A stretch of DNA of 63,896 nucleotides, filler included, from Bonamia ostreae (lineage: Eukaryota): the NCBI GenBank assembly GCA_040357525.1. It is 55 parts of 55 records of this genome, joined end to end, with 100 filler letters (N's around TTAATTAATTAA, not from the genome) between each part and the next. Parts side by side here need not be neighbours in the genome. Positions count along the whole stretch, not along the records: positions 52,437 to 53,493 come from JBDODL010002850.1; positions 53,594 to 54,650 come from JBDODL010002851.1; positions 54,751 to 55,806 come from JBDODL010002852.1; positions 55,907 to 56,962 come from JBDODL010002853.1; positions 57,063 to 58,118 come from JBDODL010002854.1; positions 58,219 to 59,274 come from JBDODL010002855.1; positions 59,375 to 60,430 come from JBDODL010002856.1; positions 60,531 to 61,586 come from JBDODL010002857.1; 47 more parts are not named here. One strand, 5' to 3'. Shown in pieces: positions 53,280 through 63,896 of this stretch (its first letter is position 1; each line of letters opens with the position of its first letter). The translations under genes and the position numbers were made by a program. The notes below the pieces were generated by a model. The model ran no database searches. It was given only the letters and a program-made list of their open reading frames with translations, and was not told the DNA's origin.

Positions 53280-53435
53280 TGAAAAGGTGAATATACGAAC
53301 AATCACCAATCTCTTAATTCCTATAAATAATACAAAATGAAGAGAAATACAAAGACGGAAGCCTGGATACTCCAGAGGCGGGATCAGATTCCTAGGATTA
53401 CTAAACATCCCCTGTTAACCGGAAACACCCGCTGC
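53280..53435 (+). repeat. Copy of the same ~180-bp host interspersed repeat
   Basis: acgaacaatcaccaatctc..cctggatactccagaggcgggatcagattcctagga..catcccctgttaaccgg. Confidence 0.8.
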
Positions 53436-54356
53436 CAGTCCTGTGTTATATTCCCACTATATGAATACTTTCAACCCGCCCTTGAGTCAAAACNNNNNNN
53501 NNNNNNNNNNNNNNNNNNNNNNNNNNNNNNNNNNNNNTTAATTAATTAANNNNNNNNNNNNNNNNNNNNNNNNNNNNNNNNNNNNNNNNNNNNATTTTTC
53601 ACTGCACGAAAATAATACCCAGAACTATATACGTTTTGTAATGAGAGTTTTTTCCTTCGACGTATGTAATGTTTTGTAGTTGGATAATTGATTTGTTTCC
53701 CTTTTCACTCATGTTTCATACTAAGACATTAGGCTTATAAAAATCCACCGATCCCACTCTAAAAATTAATTTCACATCAAATGTTGTAGGTATAGTACAA
53801 AAAGGAGCGGCTACAGACACATTATTAATAACGTACACTTGACATGTTTTAAACGAAATATGATTTACGAATATTTTGCAGATACAAATTCAAAACAATG
53901 TTAAAATGTTCTGATATACCCTATCGATAGGTATTTTGATGTTCAATAAAGGATAAATTACTATCATTATTCATTTGCAGAATACGTAAACGCGTAAAAG
54001 AATTCATGTTTTTTCACTTTTCGTTGTACCTATTTGTGGCATATTGCTTCATGTTTTTTTTTTTTTATATTTCGGGGGGTAATTGATAACGTAAATAATT
54101 GCTGTGTGTTTGCATGTACACGTTGTCAGACCCTTTATATGATTGTTCGTAATAATCAAATTTATAGATCGTCAGCAAAACATGTTTTAGAATATCATTA
54201 GTTATTGTATCATAATTGATCAATGTTTCGATCTAAACAATATCGGTAATGAATTCATGAATATATTCTTTCCTTTTTTATGTCTTGTGATGTATCTTCA
54301 TCTTGTGGTTTATATTTTTCTAAAGATGTGTGTTACATATGTAATATTGTTTTTAG

Positions 54357-54644
54357 GACCAGAGGACCCGACATGCTCTGATGGACTTGTATCATCCTCC
54401 TCTGTTAACAGCATAACACTTAATCTCACAAACGTGAAAACCGCTAACAGAACCCAGCAGCTCTGTATTTATTATGTTCCACCATCCACTTCTGGAAATG
54501 TATCATGTGTAAACAAAACCTCTACAAGAATCACGATACCAGGACTTGAATCAGGAATTCAATACTCATTTTCCATATATGCCTCAATCCAAGATGGTAG
54601 AATAGAGAGTTTGGATGGATGTCGAAACATAACTCAGTATACAT
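54357..54644 (+). CDS. Animal exon encoding one FN3 domain (receptor-phosphatase-like)
   Basis: SVNSITL..TRITIPGLESGIQYSFSIYA; symmetric phase-1 exon, ttttag acceptor and gtatgt donor. Confidence 0.75.
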
Positions 54645-55965
54645 GTATGTNNNNNNNNNNNNNNNNNNNNNNNNNNNNNNNNNNNNNNNNNNNNTTAATT
54701 AATTAANNNNNNNNNNNNNNNNNNNNNNNNNNNNNNNNNNNNNNNNNNNNTAAGTATCATCCAACAGTAATTCGAAGACTTCTTCAATCTGAGAAATGTT
54801 TTGAAATTCTTTTAAGGCCGTTTTAGGAAAACTACGAAAGCAGTGTTGATACATTTTTGTTCACTTCTAAGTCGTTAATCGCAAAAATTAGTATCAATGC
54901 CAGACTTTAAATGCTAAGTGGATTCTAACCTTCAGAGGAATTTGGATCCATGACACCATGGCTGTTAATGGTAGAATTTGCTACTCGCCGATACTCTTCC
55001 AGATGTACAGTCAACTAGATTTTTTTTAATATTCACATAATAATATTGATGATAGGTTGTATAGATGTTAGTGATGAGTCGATTTGCGACAAAGATTTTC
55101 AATCTTGTCTTGGTGTTATCGATGCAGTGGAATACCGTTATACTGAATGTTTTTTTTTTCTCTATAGGAAAGCCTAGTTGTTCATCTACTAGTCGACTTG
55201 ATTTCATGGCTAAGGTTGCAGCTTCGAGTTCCATCCTAAAATTGTCATTGCTTTCATTGGTGCCACTCTTGATTTCCCCATTACGAAAGAACGATGTGTG
55301 GTTTCGATGCTCATCATATAAAGGCAGATATATGACGGCTCCCATACCAAACCTGCTTACACTTGCAATACAACGCAACTAGTACAATAGAGAATGGTCA
55401 AGATACCCTGAGTTGACACATATTTTAATGTTTACATCATCTAAATGCTCACTTGCACAAACCATTTCATTAACAAAGTTCCGTCAATTTCATTATCCCA
55501 CCCTAAATCATTTTCACAACGCTGTTGGAGTAGAGATTTGGCCGTCGTAATAAACGGTACTTACAATGCTGAATGGGTCATAAATGGAATTTGTCACAGA
55601 AGTAGAATGCGTCGTGTTGTAGGTTGGTCCTTAATTGTTTTTTAATCATTTAGAAACATACGCCCTAATTACAAGGGCTTGTTTAATCATAGTTTTTCAT
55701 GCAGACTCAACATCTTGGCGCCCCCTGCTCTATCTATCTCTGGGATATAATCCAATACGCCTTTACAGTTACTTAGCCACTTTGTTAATACAAATCTTCC
55801 TTGTTTNNNNNNNNNNNNNNNNNNNNNNNNNNNNNNNNNNNNNNNNNNNNTTAATTAATTAANNNNNNNNNNNNNNNNNNNNNNNNNNNNNNNNNNNNNN
55901 NNNNNNTAACAATATATCAACAACACGTAAACTTTATACAGTCAGCTTATAATATCCGATAATTA

Positions 55966-56779
55966 ATGGCGACATATCCTTACTTTAATTTGATTGACGA
56001 GCACGGGAAAATAACGTTTCGCCTTATAAAATTTAAGCAAGCGAAAAGAAGATTTTGAACGCTTTCTGAAGGAATCCAACGCATTTTCAGAAGAAAATTT
56101 TTTCGTTGTATCCGTGATGGTTAAAAACTTAATTTTGTAAGGGCGGTCAAAGCGGAGGCAAAAGTACTTTGCTCAATATTCTGTTTGAAACCGAGTTCCC
56201 TGTATTGCAGATGGGACAAAGAAAAGCAACCACAAAAGGTGTAATGATCTCGTTTGCAAGAAATCGTTTCAACAATACATAAATAGTCGAAAAAAACCTG
56301 ATCGTTCTCGATCTAGAAGGTTCTGACAGTACGGAAAAAACCGAATCGGAAAGCGAAACTTTTTCGAGAAAAAGTGCCTTGTTCGCATTGGCCGTTTCCG
56401 AAATTCTCATCGTCAACATTTGGTCTCATGACGTCGGTTAGCCAAATTTTATAAATCAAGGAAAAAGATCGGCGATGAATCTTTCGATTTTGCGGTCCAT
56501 TTTCGAAGTCAATCTTAAACTTACGGCGTCGGAAACGGTAAACAAAACAACGATCCTCTTCGTTCTTAGAGATTACGATGCAAAGCTTTTCGGTCCGCTT
56601 TCTCAGATAGAAAAAATTGTAACTGGCAATTTAGAAAATATTTGGAAATTGCTCGATAAACCTTCGCAATACCAATCCACGGATTTGAACAAGTTGTTCA
56701 AATTCCGTTTTTTTGGGCTCCCTCACAAAGAATATAAATTAGACAACTTTTTAAAAAAAGCTTATCAATTAAAAGGACG
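55966..56779 (+). CDS. SEY1: SEY1/RHD3 ER-fusion GTPase, N-terminal GTPase domain (protist)
   Basis: [69 protein letters not shown]. Introns 56016-56037 (22), 56120-56141 (22), 56266-56286 (21), 56437-56460 (24). Confidence 0.95.
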
Positions 56780-56803
56780 GTTCGTTTTATTTGCATTTTT
56801 AAT

Positions 56804-56962
56804 GTTCAAAAATTAAAAATTTGCAAAACTTTTTATCGAAAAACAAAATTTTTCGTGTTCAAAAATTAAAAATTTGCAAAACTTTTTATCGAAAAACAAA
56901 ATTTTTCGTGTTCAAAAATTAAAAATTTGCAAAACTTTTTATCGAAAAACAAAATTTTTCGT
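56804..56962. repeat. 53-bp perfect minisatellite x3 in a SEY1 intron (donor at 56780)
   Basis: gttcaaaaattaaaaatttgcaaaactttttatcgaaaaacaaaatttttcgt x3 to the contig end. Confidence 0.92.
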
Positions 56963-57062
56963 NNNNNNNNNNNNNNNNNNNNNNNNNNNNNNNNNNNNNN
57001 NNNNNNTTAATTAATTAANNNNNNNNNNNNNNNNNNNNNNNNNNNNNNNNNNNNNNNNNNNN

Positions 57063-58118
57063 AAATCTGACAAGCAATTTTGTATCGATTTAAATTTAGC
57101 TAATTCTGTTGTTGTTTCGATTTCAACATCGTTTTGATCACTAACTGTTGTTTCGATTTCATCATCGTTTTGATCATAATCTGTTGTTTCGATTTCAATC
57201 AATAAATCGCAAATTTGTTGCTTCAAGTAAATGGGGCATTTTTCACCAATATTAAAGACTTTTTGTTCCAAAAGATGTCCCAGACTTTCCCTGACTCCAT
57301 CACCCGAAAGGGTTCTTGCATTTAAATTACGCAGTTCTTCTCTAATTTCCAAATCCTGTATTTTATCCAATTCAGTTTTAAGTTTCTCCTGTTGTTTAGT
57401 AAAATCTTCACTGACCGGATACAATGTCTCAAGTATGTAGTAAACCGTGCACATGTCTTTTTTGGGTGTAGTCTCGTCTGGTTCTAATTCTTCTAGAATA
57501 TTTCTGATGAGATTAAATGTATCTGTCGGGGAATATTTCTGATAAGAATATTTTCTACGTGCCATAAAAGTTATTTCTAAAGTTTTACATGCCATAATAG
57601 CTCTTGGGTCTTTACAATTCTTGGCATCAATTTCCTTTGAGGGCAACAGCGCAAATGCTAATTCATGCATTGTTTCAACGATTGTACGGTTTACCTTTTT
57701 ATCAATTTTTAAAAAGCGAAAAATAAAAATTAGTGAATCCGGTTCTCATATGAATAATGAGGCACTCGGAACGAAATTTATTATTTAGTTTGGACAAATT
57801 TAAAGTCTTTTGGTTTGATTAAAATATTGAACCGCGTTATATGCAACCATTCCTGGTCTTTTCATTCCTGACATATTAAATAGAATATCTATAGATTTCC
57901 GCAAGTGCAAATTACTAACATATTTTTTTAAAGTGATAGCTTTATCTCGACTTTCGTCACCATGTTTTAAACGACCCAAAGTAAAAAAATACAAAGCAGA
58001 TGTTGAATTAAAAAGGTCTCTGAAGATAGATATACACACTGATAATCCGAGAAATTCAATTTTTTGTAACAACGGTATTAATTTTTCTATCTCAAAATGT
58101 GAATTTTCTAGCATTTTA
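57063..58118 (-). CDS. Hypothetical protein fragment (protist); the two track ORFs are probably one gene
   Basis: A 26-nt intron at 57807-57832 and a putative 28-nt GTT..GAG intron restore one frame; contains a 36-bp coding duplication (DQNDxEIETT). Confidence 0.5.
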
Positions 58119-58904
58119 NNNNNNNNNNNNNNNNNNNNNNNNNNNNNNNNNNNNNNNNNNNNTTAATTAATTAANNNNNNNNNNNNNNNNNNNNNNNNNN
58201 NNNNNNNNNNNNNNNNNNATCGGACATTTTATTATCATATAAAAATCGGCGTAATCTTCTTTGGAATGAAACTCTTGTTTTAATCAGCGATAATTTTTGA
58301 TTTTCTATTGATGCTGCATTCTGTCTTCTGAGGAAATTGTTGTATTTTTTGAGTAGCCAATAATTTTGAATCATATTTTGCGTCAAAAACAAATTTTCGG
58401 TGGTCGAAATTTTAATTTTTTGGTTCAAAATTAAATATTTTAAAGCAATTTTTTCCATTTGCTTTCTTATTCGTCTATTTTAGTTTTGCTTAAATTCACA
58501 AATTTTTGATAACAAAATAAAAAAGACAGTGCGTTAATGAGCGATAATTGGTTCGAATTGTAGATGTTTAACAAGTTTTCTTTGTCAAAATAAAAAAATC
58601 CACAATTTTGGAAATGTTGAAAAGAAAGAGCACTTGTCATTTTAATATTGAAAAAGTCAAGAAAAAAGTAATGCACGTTAAATATCGTTCGCAAATTTGA
58701 CCTCATTGATTTATTTAGCAATAGTTTATTTATCGTTTATCAATATAACAACAAAATTAGCAAAAAATTTGTTGTCACTCACAAAACTTTAATGACATAA
58801 AATTAGCCTAGAAAGTTCGCCATTTTTAAAAAGTAAGCTTTAATGTTTATATCAAATATTAAGATTTTTTTATATAAAACAAAATTAGCAAATTTACAAA
58901 AATG

Positions 58905-59160
58905 TCAAATATTTCTGTCAAACAATTTTTTCATATAAGTTTGGAGAATTTTGTCGTCTGTAGAAAACGGGAGCGAATTTGTTGTGTTGATATTGCTGTT
59001 GTCGAACTGTTTCTGGATCATCGGATTGTCGTCATATTCAATTCTGTGCAACTGCTCTTTTATCGCTAAATTTTTAAATTAAAATTTTACCGTCGTAATT
59101 TTTCGAATGGTCAATAAAATCTGCGTTATAGCTTTTTGGAAGCTGATTTGATATTTCTCT
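58905..59160 (-). CDS. C-terminal exons of a hypothetical protist gene
   Basis: Open frame across a 25-nt intron at 59066-59090, ending KLFDRNI*. Confidence 0.5.
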
Positions 59161-59448
59161 ATTTTTTGATAAAATTGGACCGATATTTATTTTTTTAACG
59201 AAAAAAAATTTTGAAAAAAATCAAATTTTAAGAAAAATAAAATTTCGTCAAAATAAAAATTTTGGTCAAAAAAANNNNNNNNNNNNNNNNNNNNNNNNNN
59301 NNNNNNNNNNNNNNNNNNTTAATTAATTAANNNNNNNNNNNNNNNNNNNNNNNNNNNNNNNNNNNNNNNNNNNNCTCTATTGTGAGTGAGAATTCAATGA
59401 AAATTTTCTCGCCGTGTTTATTATTTTTAGGAATTCAAAGTGCTTTTA

Positions 59449-59931
59449 TTAATTGCATAAATTTACCATAAGATTGTTTAGAACAAATTTAGAGTTTTCT
59501 TTCAAAATGTTGAACATTAAATAAATTGCGCAATAATATTGGTTTTCATGATACATTTTCTCATCAAATAAAGAAACTAGGTATTTTAGAAAATTAGAGT
59601 TAGCAAAAGTTCCATTTTTTTTATAATTGATCATTATGATTAATTTTGTGGTAGTTTTCAGGATTTTTTTGCTTTTAAATAAAATAATGATCTTCAATAG
59701 TCCTATGTTTTCATAGTCTTTTATTTTATCCTTAAAATATGACACAGAAACTTTTTGTTCACACAGTAACAGATATTCGACAATACCGAGTAGTTCGTCA
59801 ACATACCTTTCTTTATCCGTGTTACTTTGAATTAATTCAATGTAGGACCCTAAATATATTTTTTTCTTTTTAATTTCTTTTAAAGGGTTAATCAAAATTT
59901 GCGATGAAAGAGATATTTTATAATTTATCAT
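59449..59931 (-). CDS. Hypothetical AT-rich ORF, origin unclear
   Basis: 160 codons open in very AT-rich DNA; no recognisable motif. Confidence 0.35.
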   Translation of the reverse strand: MINYKISLSSQILINPLKEIKKKKIYLGSYIELIQSNTDKERYVDELLGIVEYLLLCEQKVSVSYFKDKIKDYENIGLLKIIILFKSKKILKTTTKLIIMINYKKNGTFANSNFLKYLVSLFDEKMYHENQYYCAIYLMFNILKENSKFVLNNLMVNLCN

Positions 59932-60530
59932 TTAATGTGGTAGCTTAAATGAAAATATTTTATAAATAAATATTAATAAAATATATTAAACTTTTTGCAT
60001 AAAATGATAAAAAGAAGTAATAATTTGATAAATTTTACGTATATAATTCCACCCTGCAATTAGTAAGCAATATTTGATTGCCAATAAATTTATTGTCCAT
60101 TATTTAGAAGACTGGTCAGTGAGGGAAATCTCATGACTCTAATGGAGGCACGTTTCCATGGAGTGTGTGACTTAGATAGAGCGGTTTAAACTTTAATTCA
60201 GAAATTCAAAGGCATATACGAACCTTAAAATCAAAAAAAATAACCTATCTTTGAATGAAACTTAGGAGAAAATCTGTAGGAAAAATAACATATAAAGCGA
60301 GTAGGAAAATCGAGGAAGAGATATACAGTAAGGATGAAACACAAATTAGAATATTAATAGAAATGCGGGAATGAGTAATTTTAATTTTAGAAATTATATA
60401 AAAATTAATATTATAATTGATATCATGTATNNNNNNNNNNNNNNNNNNNNNNNNNNNNNNNNNNNNNNNNNNNNTTAATTAATTAANNNNNNNNNNNNNN
60501 NNNNNNNNNNNNNNNNNNNNNNNNNNNNNN

Positions 60531-60636
60531 CTACGTTTGGCACGTCTTGGCATGCAGAATAACCTGGTGATAGATTCATGAAATTCTGACACCATGTCTG
60601 TGCTTCTGGTCTGGTCATTATTACCGTAGTTGATCT
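60531..60636 (-). CDS. Animal exon, possibly a VWD/EGF-domain-containing protein
   Basis: ttttgcag acceptor; EAQTWCQNFMNLSPGYSACQDVPNV. Confidence 0.4.
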
Positions 60637-63069
60637 CTGCAAAATGAATTTGTTAATGCAAATAAAGTAACGTTCAGCATAGATGTTCATTATCAAATAT
60701 GTGTAGGAAGACATAGTTTACATCAAAGAACGACAATGTATACTTTAGAAAGCAAACGCTCGCCCCAAGAATGTTATAAGCATTGTCTTTTTAATTTCCT
60801 GTTTGGGCTTCATTTGATAAACAGAAGTTTATTGATAAAACAAAGTCATTTATGAATAAACTGATTTGGAAATGTTATAAAATATAAATATTATCAGAAC
60901 TGTCTTGGTGTTTTTCAAACATTATTGAATGTTAGAATATTGAATGCAGTAGCTTAACAAAATATGCATTTATGGACTGTTCCGCATGATTTACTCGGGT
61001 ATGTTAAGACAGGTCATACTTTATTAATACACGAAAATTACACAGTCTTTAGAATTTGCACTTCATAAAGGGAGGGAGCTACTAACATATTAAACATTTT
61101 TGGGTGTTTACCTTAGAATATTTTGTATCATAAGAACATGACAAATATTAGATCCCGTATAACGTCATTAAATGGCTGTTATAAAAGATCGAATATGAAA
61201 CGAAAAATATAACACTACCCCAGGATTTGATCAGTATTTTAATTGATTATATTGTTAAAACGATTCTAGCAACACTCATCTATATTACGTTAGTTTATTG
61301 CATTTCTTTTGTTGTATAAAAAGGCTACAAAAGTATGCGACATAGTGTTATATTTTGGCGTTTTATTTACAGTTGATGAAAGAGGAAAATCGGTCGACTG
61401 CGAAGAGGAATGTTCTTTGTTGAAATAATTGTCAGTGAGTGAAATCATTATGCTTTCACAATATTGATAAATTTCGAGTATATTCCTTATATATTTCTTG
61501 GCATCTATTTTACATATTGCTGAATCATAGTTGTTGATATTTACACAGCACAATCAACAAAATCTTCGCATGTGTCATCGTCAATCNNNNNNNNNNNNNN
61601 NNNNNNNNNNNNNNNNNNNNNNNNNNNNNNTTAATTAATTAANNNNNNNNNNNNNNNNNNNNNNNNNNNNNNNNNNNNNNNNNNNNTTTGTTTCAAATAT
61701 TAACTACTACTGTATCCATCCATCTATTTAACATCTTGTTTACTAGTGACCCATGCCATATGACATCGGCTAGGATTATGGTAGTCACCCGGGGTCGTGG
61801 ATAAGTGATATTTTTGTCAAGTATAATGATTTTTGTTCCCGTTTCCTTTTAGTTTTGTCACTGCGGCCTTCACCTGATTTTGCTTGAATGCGGACCTTTC
61901 CGCACTGTGAAGTAATTAGCTATCTTTATACCAAGCTTTCGCTTTTATTGTTTCTTGTTGATTTGAGCAAGATAAATAAATTGGATGTAAATGCAGAAGG
62001 TGAACTAAGGGCAGACAGGATGATTCCTACATGTTGCTAAATCTTTCTATCTGCAATGAGACACGTGAAAACTTTTAAATCATGCAATTTGCACAGCTGT
62101 TAAAAGATGCAACGAGAAACGGAAATCAGCATACAAAACATTCAAGGAATGAACAAGGACAATCAAACTGTACCGAGTAATGATGGAGAGAGAATTATTT
62201 AGAAAAAATTGTGAAATTATGACCCCTTGCGTCAGGGAATCTGGCGCTAGTACGGGAGTTGAAACCTTTATTAAAATCATGCAATTTTGAATATCTATTT
62301 ACTCAGAAGTCACTTGGGGATCTGGGATAGAATACGTCATATGTACTGAATGGGGCGGTCCTATGAATGAAACCGCAAAAAAGGAAATCCCGTGCCACAG
62401 CTGCAAGAATAGACAGATGACAGACAAAAAGATGACCAGAAAAGCTCAATTGAGGGATTCAACCTTGGTGTTTGGTCTTGTAGAATATATACTACTAAAA
62501 CGGATTCAACTCTGGGATTTACCGCTATACTAGGTATGTTGTCAATCAAGCAATGGTTTTGACCAACATGTGCACACTAAATTGATATCCCACCTCATAC
62601 AAGGTGTAAAGGGCAACATAATAACAAGAGCGGTACAGTATATTGTTTAAAATTCACCTTTGCCACCTGACTTTGCATGTATTCGAGCATGCACATGATC
62701 TATTGAGTATGTACTGATTCCAGAATTCATGTACATGATATNNNNNNNNNNNNNNNNNNNNNNNNNNNNNNNNNNNNNNNNNNNNTTAATTAATTAANNN
62801 NNNNNNNNNNNNNNNNNNNNNNNNNNNNNNNNNNNNNNNNNTTTCGTATCCAAAATATGCGAAATGTTCAATTCCACTCCCTTCTTCCTTTGTTAGTTGA
62901 TTTTTATCCCTTTTTGGAGATATTAAACTAAAAAATAATCAAACGCTCTGTTTTGTTATTTTTCTGCGGGAAATTTGTTAATTTTTTTTATTGGATTCTG
63001 TGAGCCCGCGCAAATATTAATTATTATGAGCTATTTTTATGAGCAATTTTAATTTGCGATATTTACATT

Positions 63070-63567
63070 TTTGAATGAAGAAGGTACGAAGAGTTCGGGA
63101 AGACAAGGCGATTTTTAACTCGTTTATTAATTAAAATTTGAAATGTCATTTATTTAAAATTTTTACATGTTGTTTGCCGTCGTCCAAATTGTTTAAGTAG
63201 ATTTTTATGTAGTGTACTTTGAACAAACCGATGAGTTTAAATGTGGCGAAAACATAAATTTTCTGTACAACTGTTTCGATGCCGTTTTCCGTTAAAATTA
63301 ATTTTGGTTTTCGATTTATTATTTTTAATGTCATTTTTATTTCCTTAAACGCGTTGAACCTTTTAAAATTAAGCGATTTGAAATTTTAGAGATCTTTTAA
63401 TTAAATCAACGTAACTAAAAATTCGTTATTTCTTTGCGGCTCAGTTTTAATACCAAAAGCAAGTTTTTTGTGAAGATAACTAACTGCTTCTGTGTTGTCT
63501 TTATTATTATTTTTCTTCAATCTTTCAACATCGGGTTCGTGCAATCTTTTTTTATTTTCAATTTGTT
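63070..63567 (-). CDS. Hypothetical protist gene fragment
   Basis: Track ORFs joined by a 22-nt intron at 63394-63415; the upstream acceptor at 63568 lies inside the repeat array. Confidence 0.5.
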
Positions 63568-63896
63568 CTTTAATTATTATTTTCAAATTTGACCAAAATT
63601 TGTTCTTTAATTATTATTATTCAAATTTGACCAAAATTTGATCTTTAATTATTATTTTCAAATTTGATCTTTAATTATTATTTTAAATTTGATCTTTAAT
63701 TATTATTCAAATTTGATCAAAATTTGTTCTTTAATTATTATTATTCAAATTTGACCAAAATTTGATCTTTAATTATTATTTTCAAATTTGATCTTTAATT
63801 ATTATTTTAAATTTGATCTTTAATTATTATTCAAATTTGATCAAAATTTGTTCTTTAATTATTATTATTCAAATTTGACCAAAATTTGATCTTTAA
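63560..63896. repeat. Compound intronic minisatellite with a 124-bp higher-order period
   Basis: Sub-units built on aatttg(t/a)tctttaattattatt; tgttctttaattattattattc recurs at 63601, 63725 and 63849. Confidence 0.9.

Noticed and set aside
54965-55378. NFRMELEAATLAM resembling the RNase H NNRMEL motif
   Set aside because: No upstream DGS or downstream DS catalytic motif; probably chance.
58219-58823. Possible further non-canonical introns in a minus-strand gene
   Set aside because: The frames could not be joined unambiguously, and no conserved motif constrains them.
1075-62841. Regularly spaced TTAATTAATTAA palindromes resembling a CRISPR-like or chromosome-breakage array
   Set aside because: Always embedded in N44 padding between length-sorted contigs, so it is an assembly linker.
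5641-63896. AT-rich tandem arrays as CRISPR arrays
   Set aside because: Head-to-tail repeats with no unique spacers, no cas genes, and a eukaryotic intronic context.

Overview
This is not a real locus. It is an artificial concatenation of 55 unplaced contigs of about 1.06 kb, sorted by decreasing length (1074 to 1055 nt) and joined by 100-nt linkers (N44-TTAATTAATTAA-N44, stops in all six frames). ORFs ending in ...LIN or X runs are linker artefacts, and adjacency across linkers is meaningless. At least two eukaryotic genomes are mixed. (1) An animal, very probably an oyster: isolated FN3, EGF and mucin-like exons with GTAAG/GTATG donors, dispersed bivalve-type repeats, and decayed mariner, Tc1, L2 and Gypsy elements. 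(2) A gene-dense AT-rich protist, best guess an ascetosporean parasite such as a Bonamia-like haplosporidian (inference only). Its genes are broken by introns of mostly 19-34 nt, so the ORF track misses or mis-frames them. By manual splicing I recover RPC1, a Upf1-like helicase, cytochrome c, ALDH3, alpha-COP, ABCF3/GCN20 (split across two contigs that can be rejoined), a WDR26-like protein, an ELM2-SANT protein, PGS1, eIF3i, SEY1 and a two-module 6-Cys surface protein. The most interesting signal is this protist's intron system: GTT(T) donors, A-rich and often AAG acceptors, one apparent GT-TG intron, and a second class of introns inflated by locus-specific minisatellites. Two of those arrays look like copies of the intron's own 3' splice junction, and such arrays sit at the broken end of many protist contigs.
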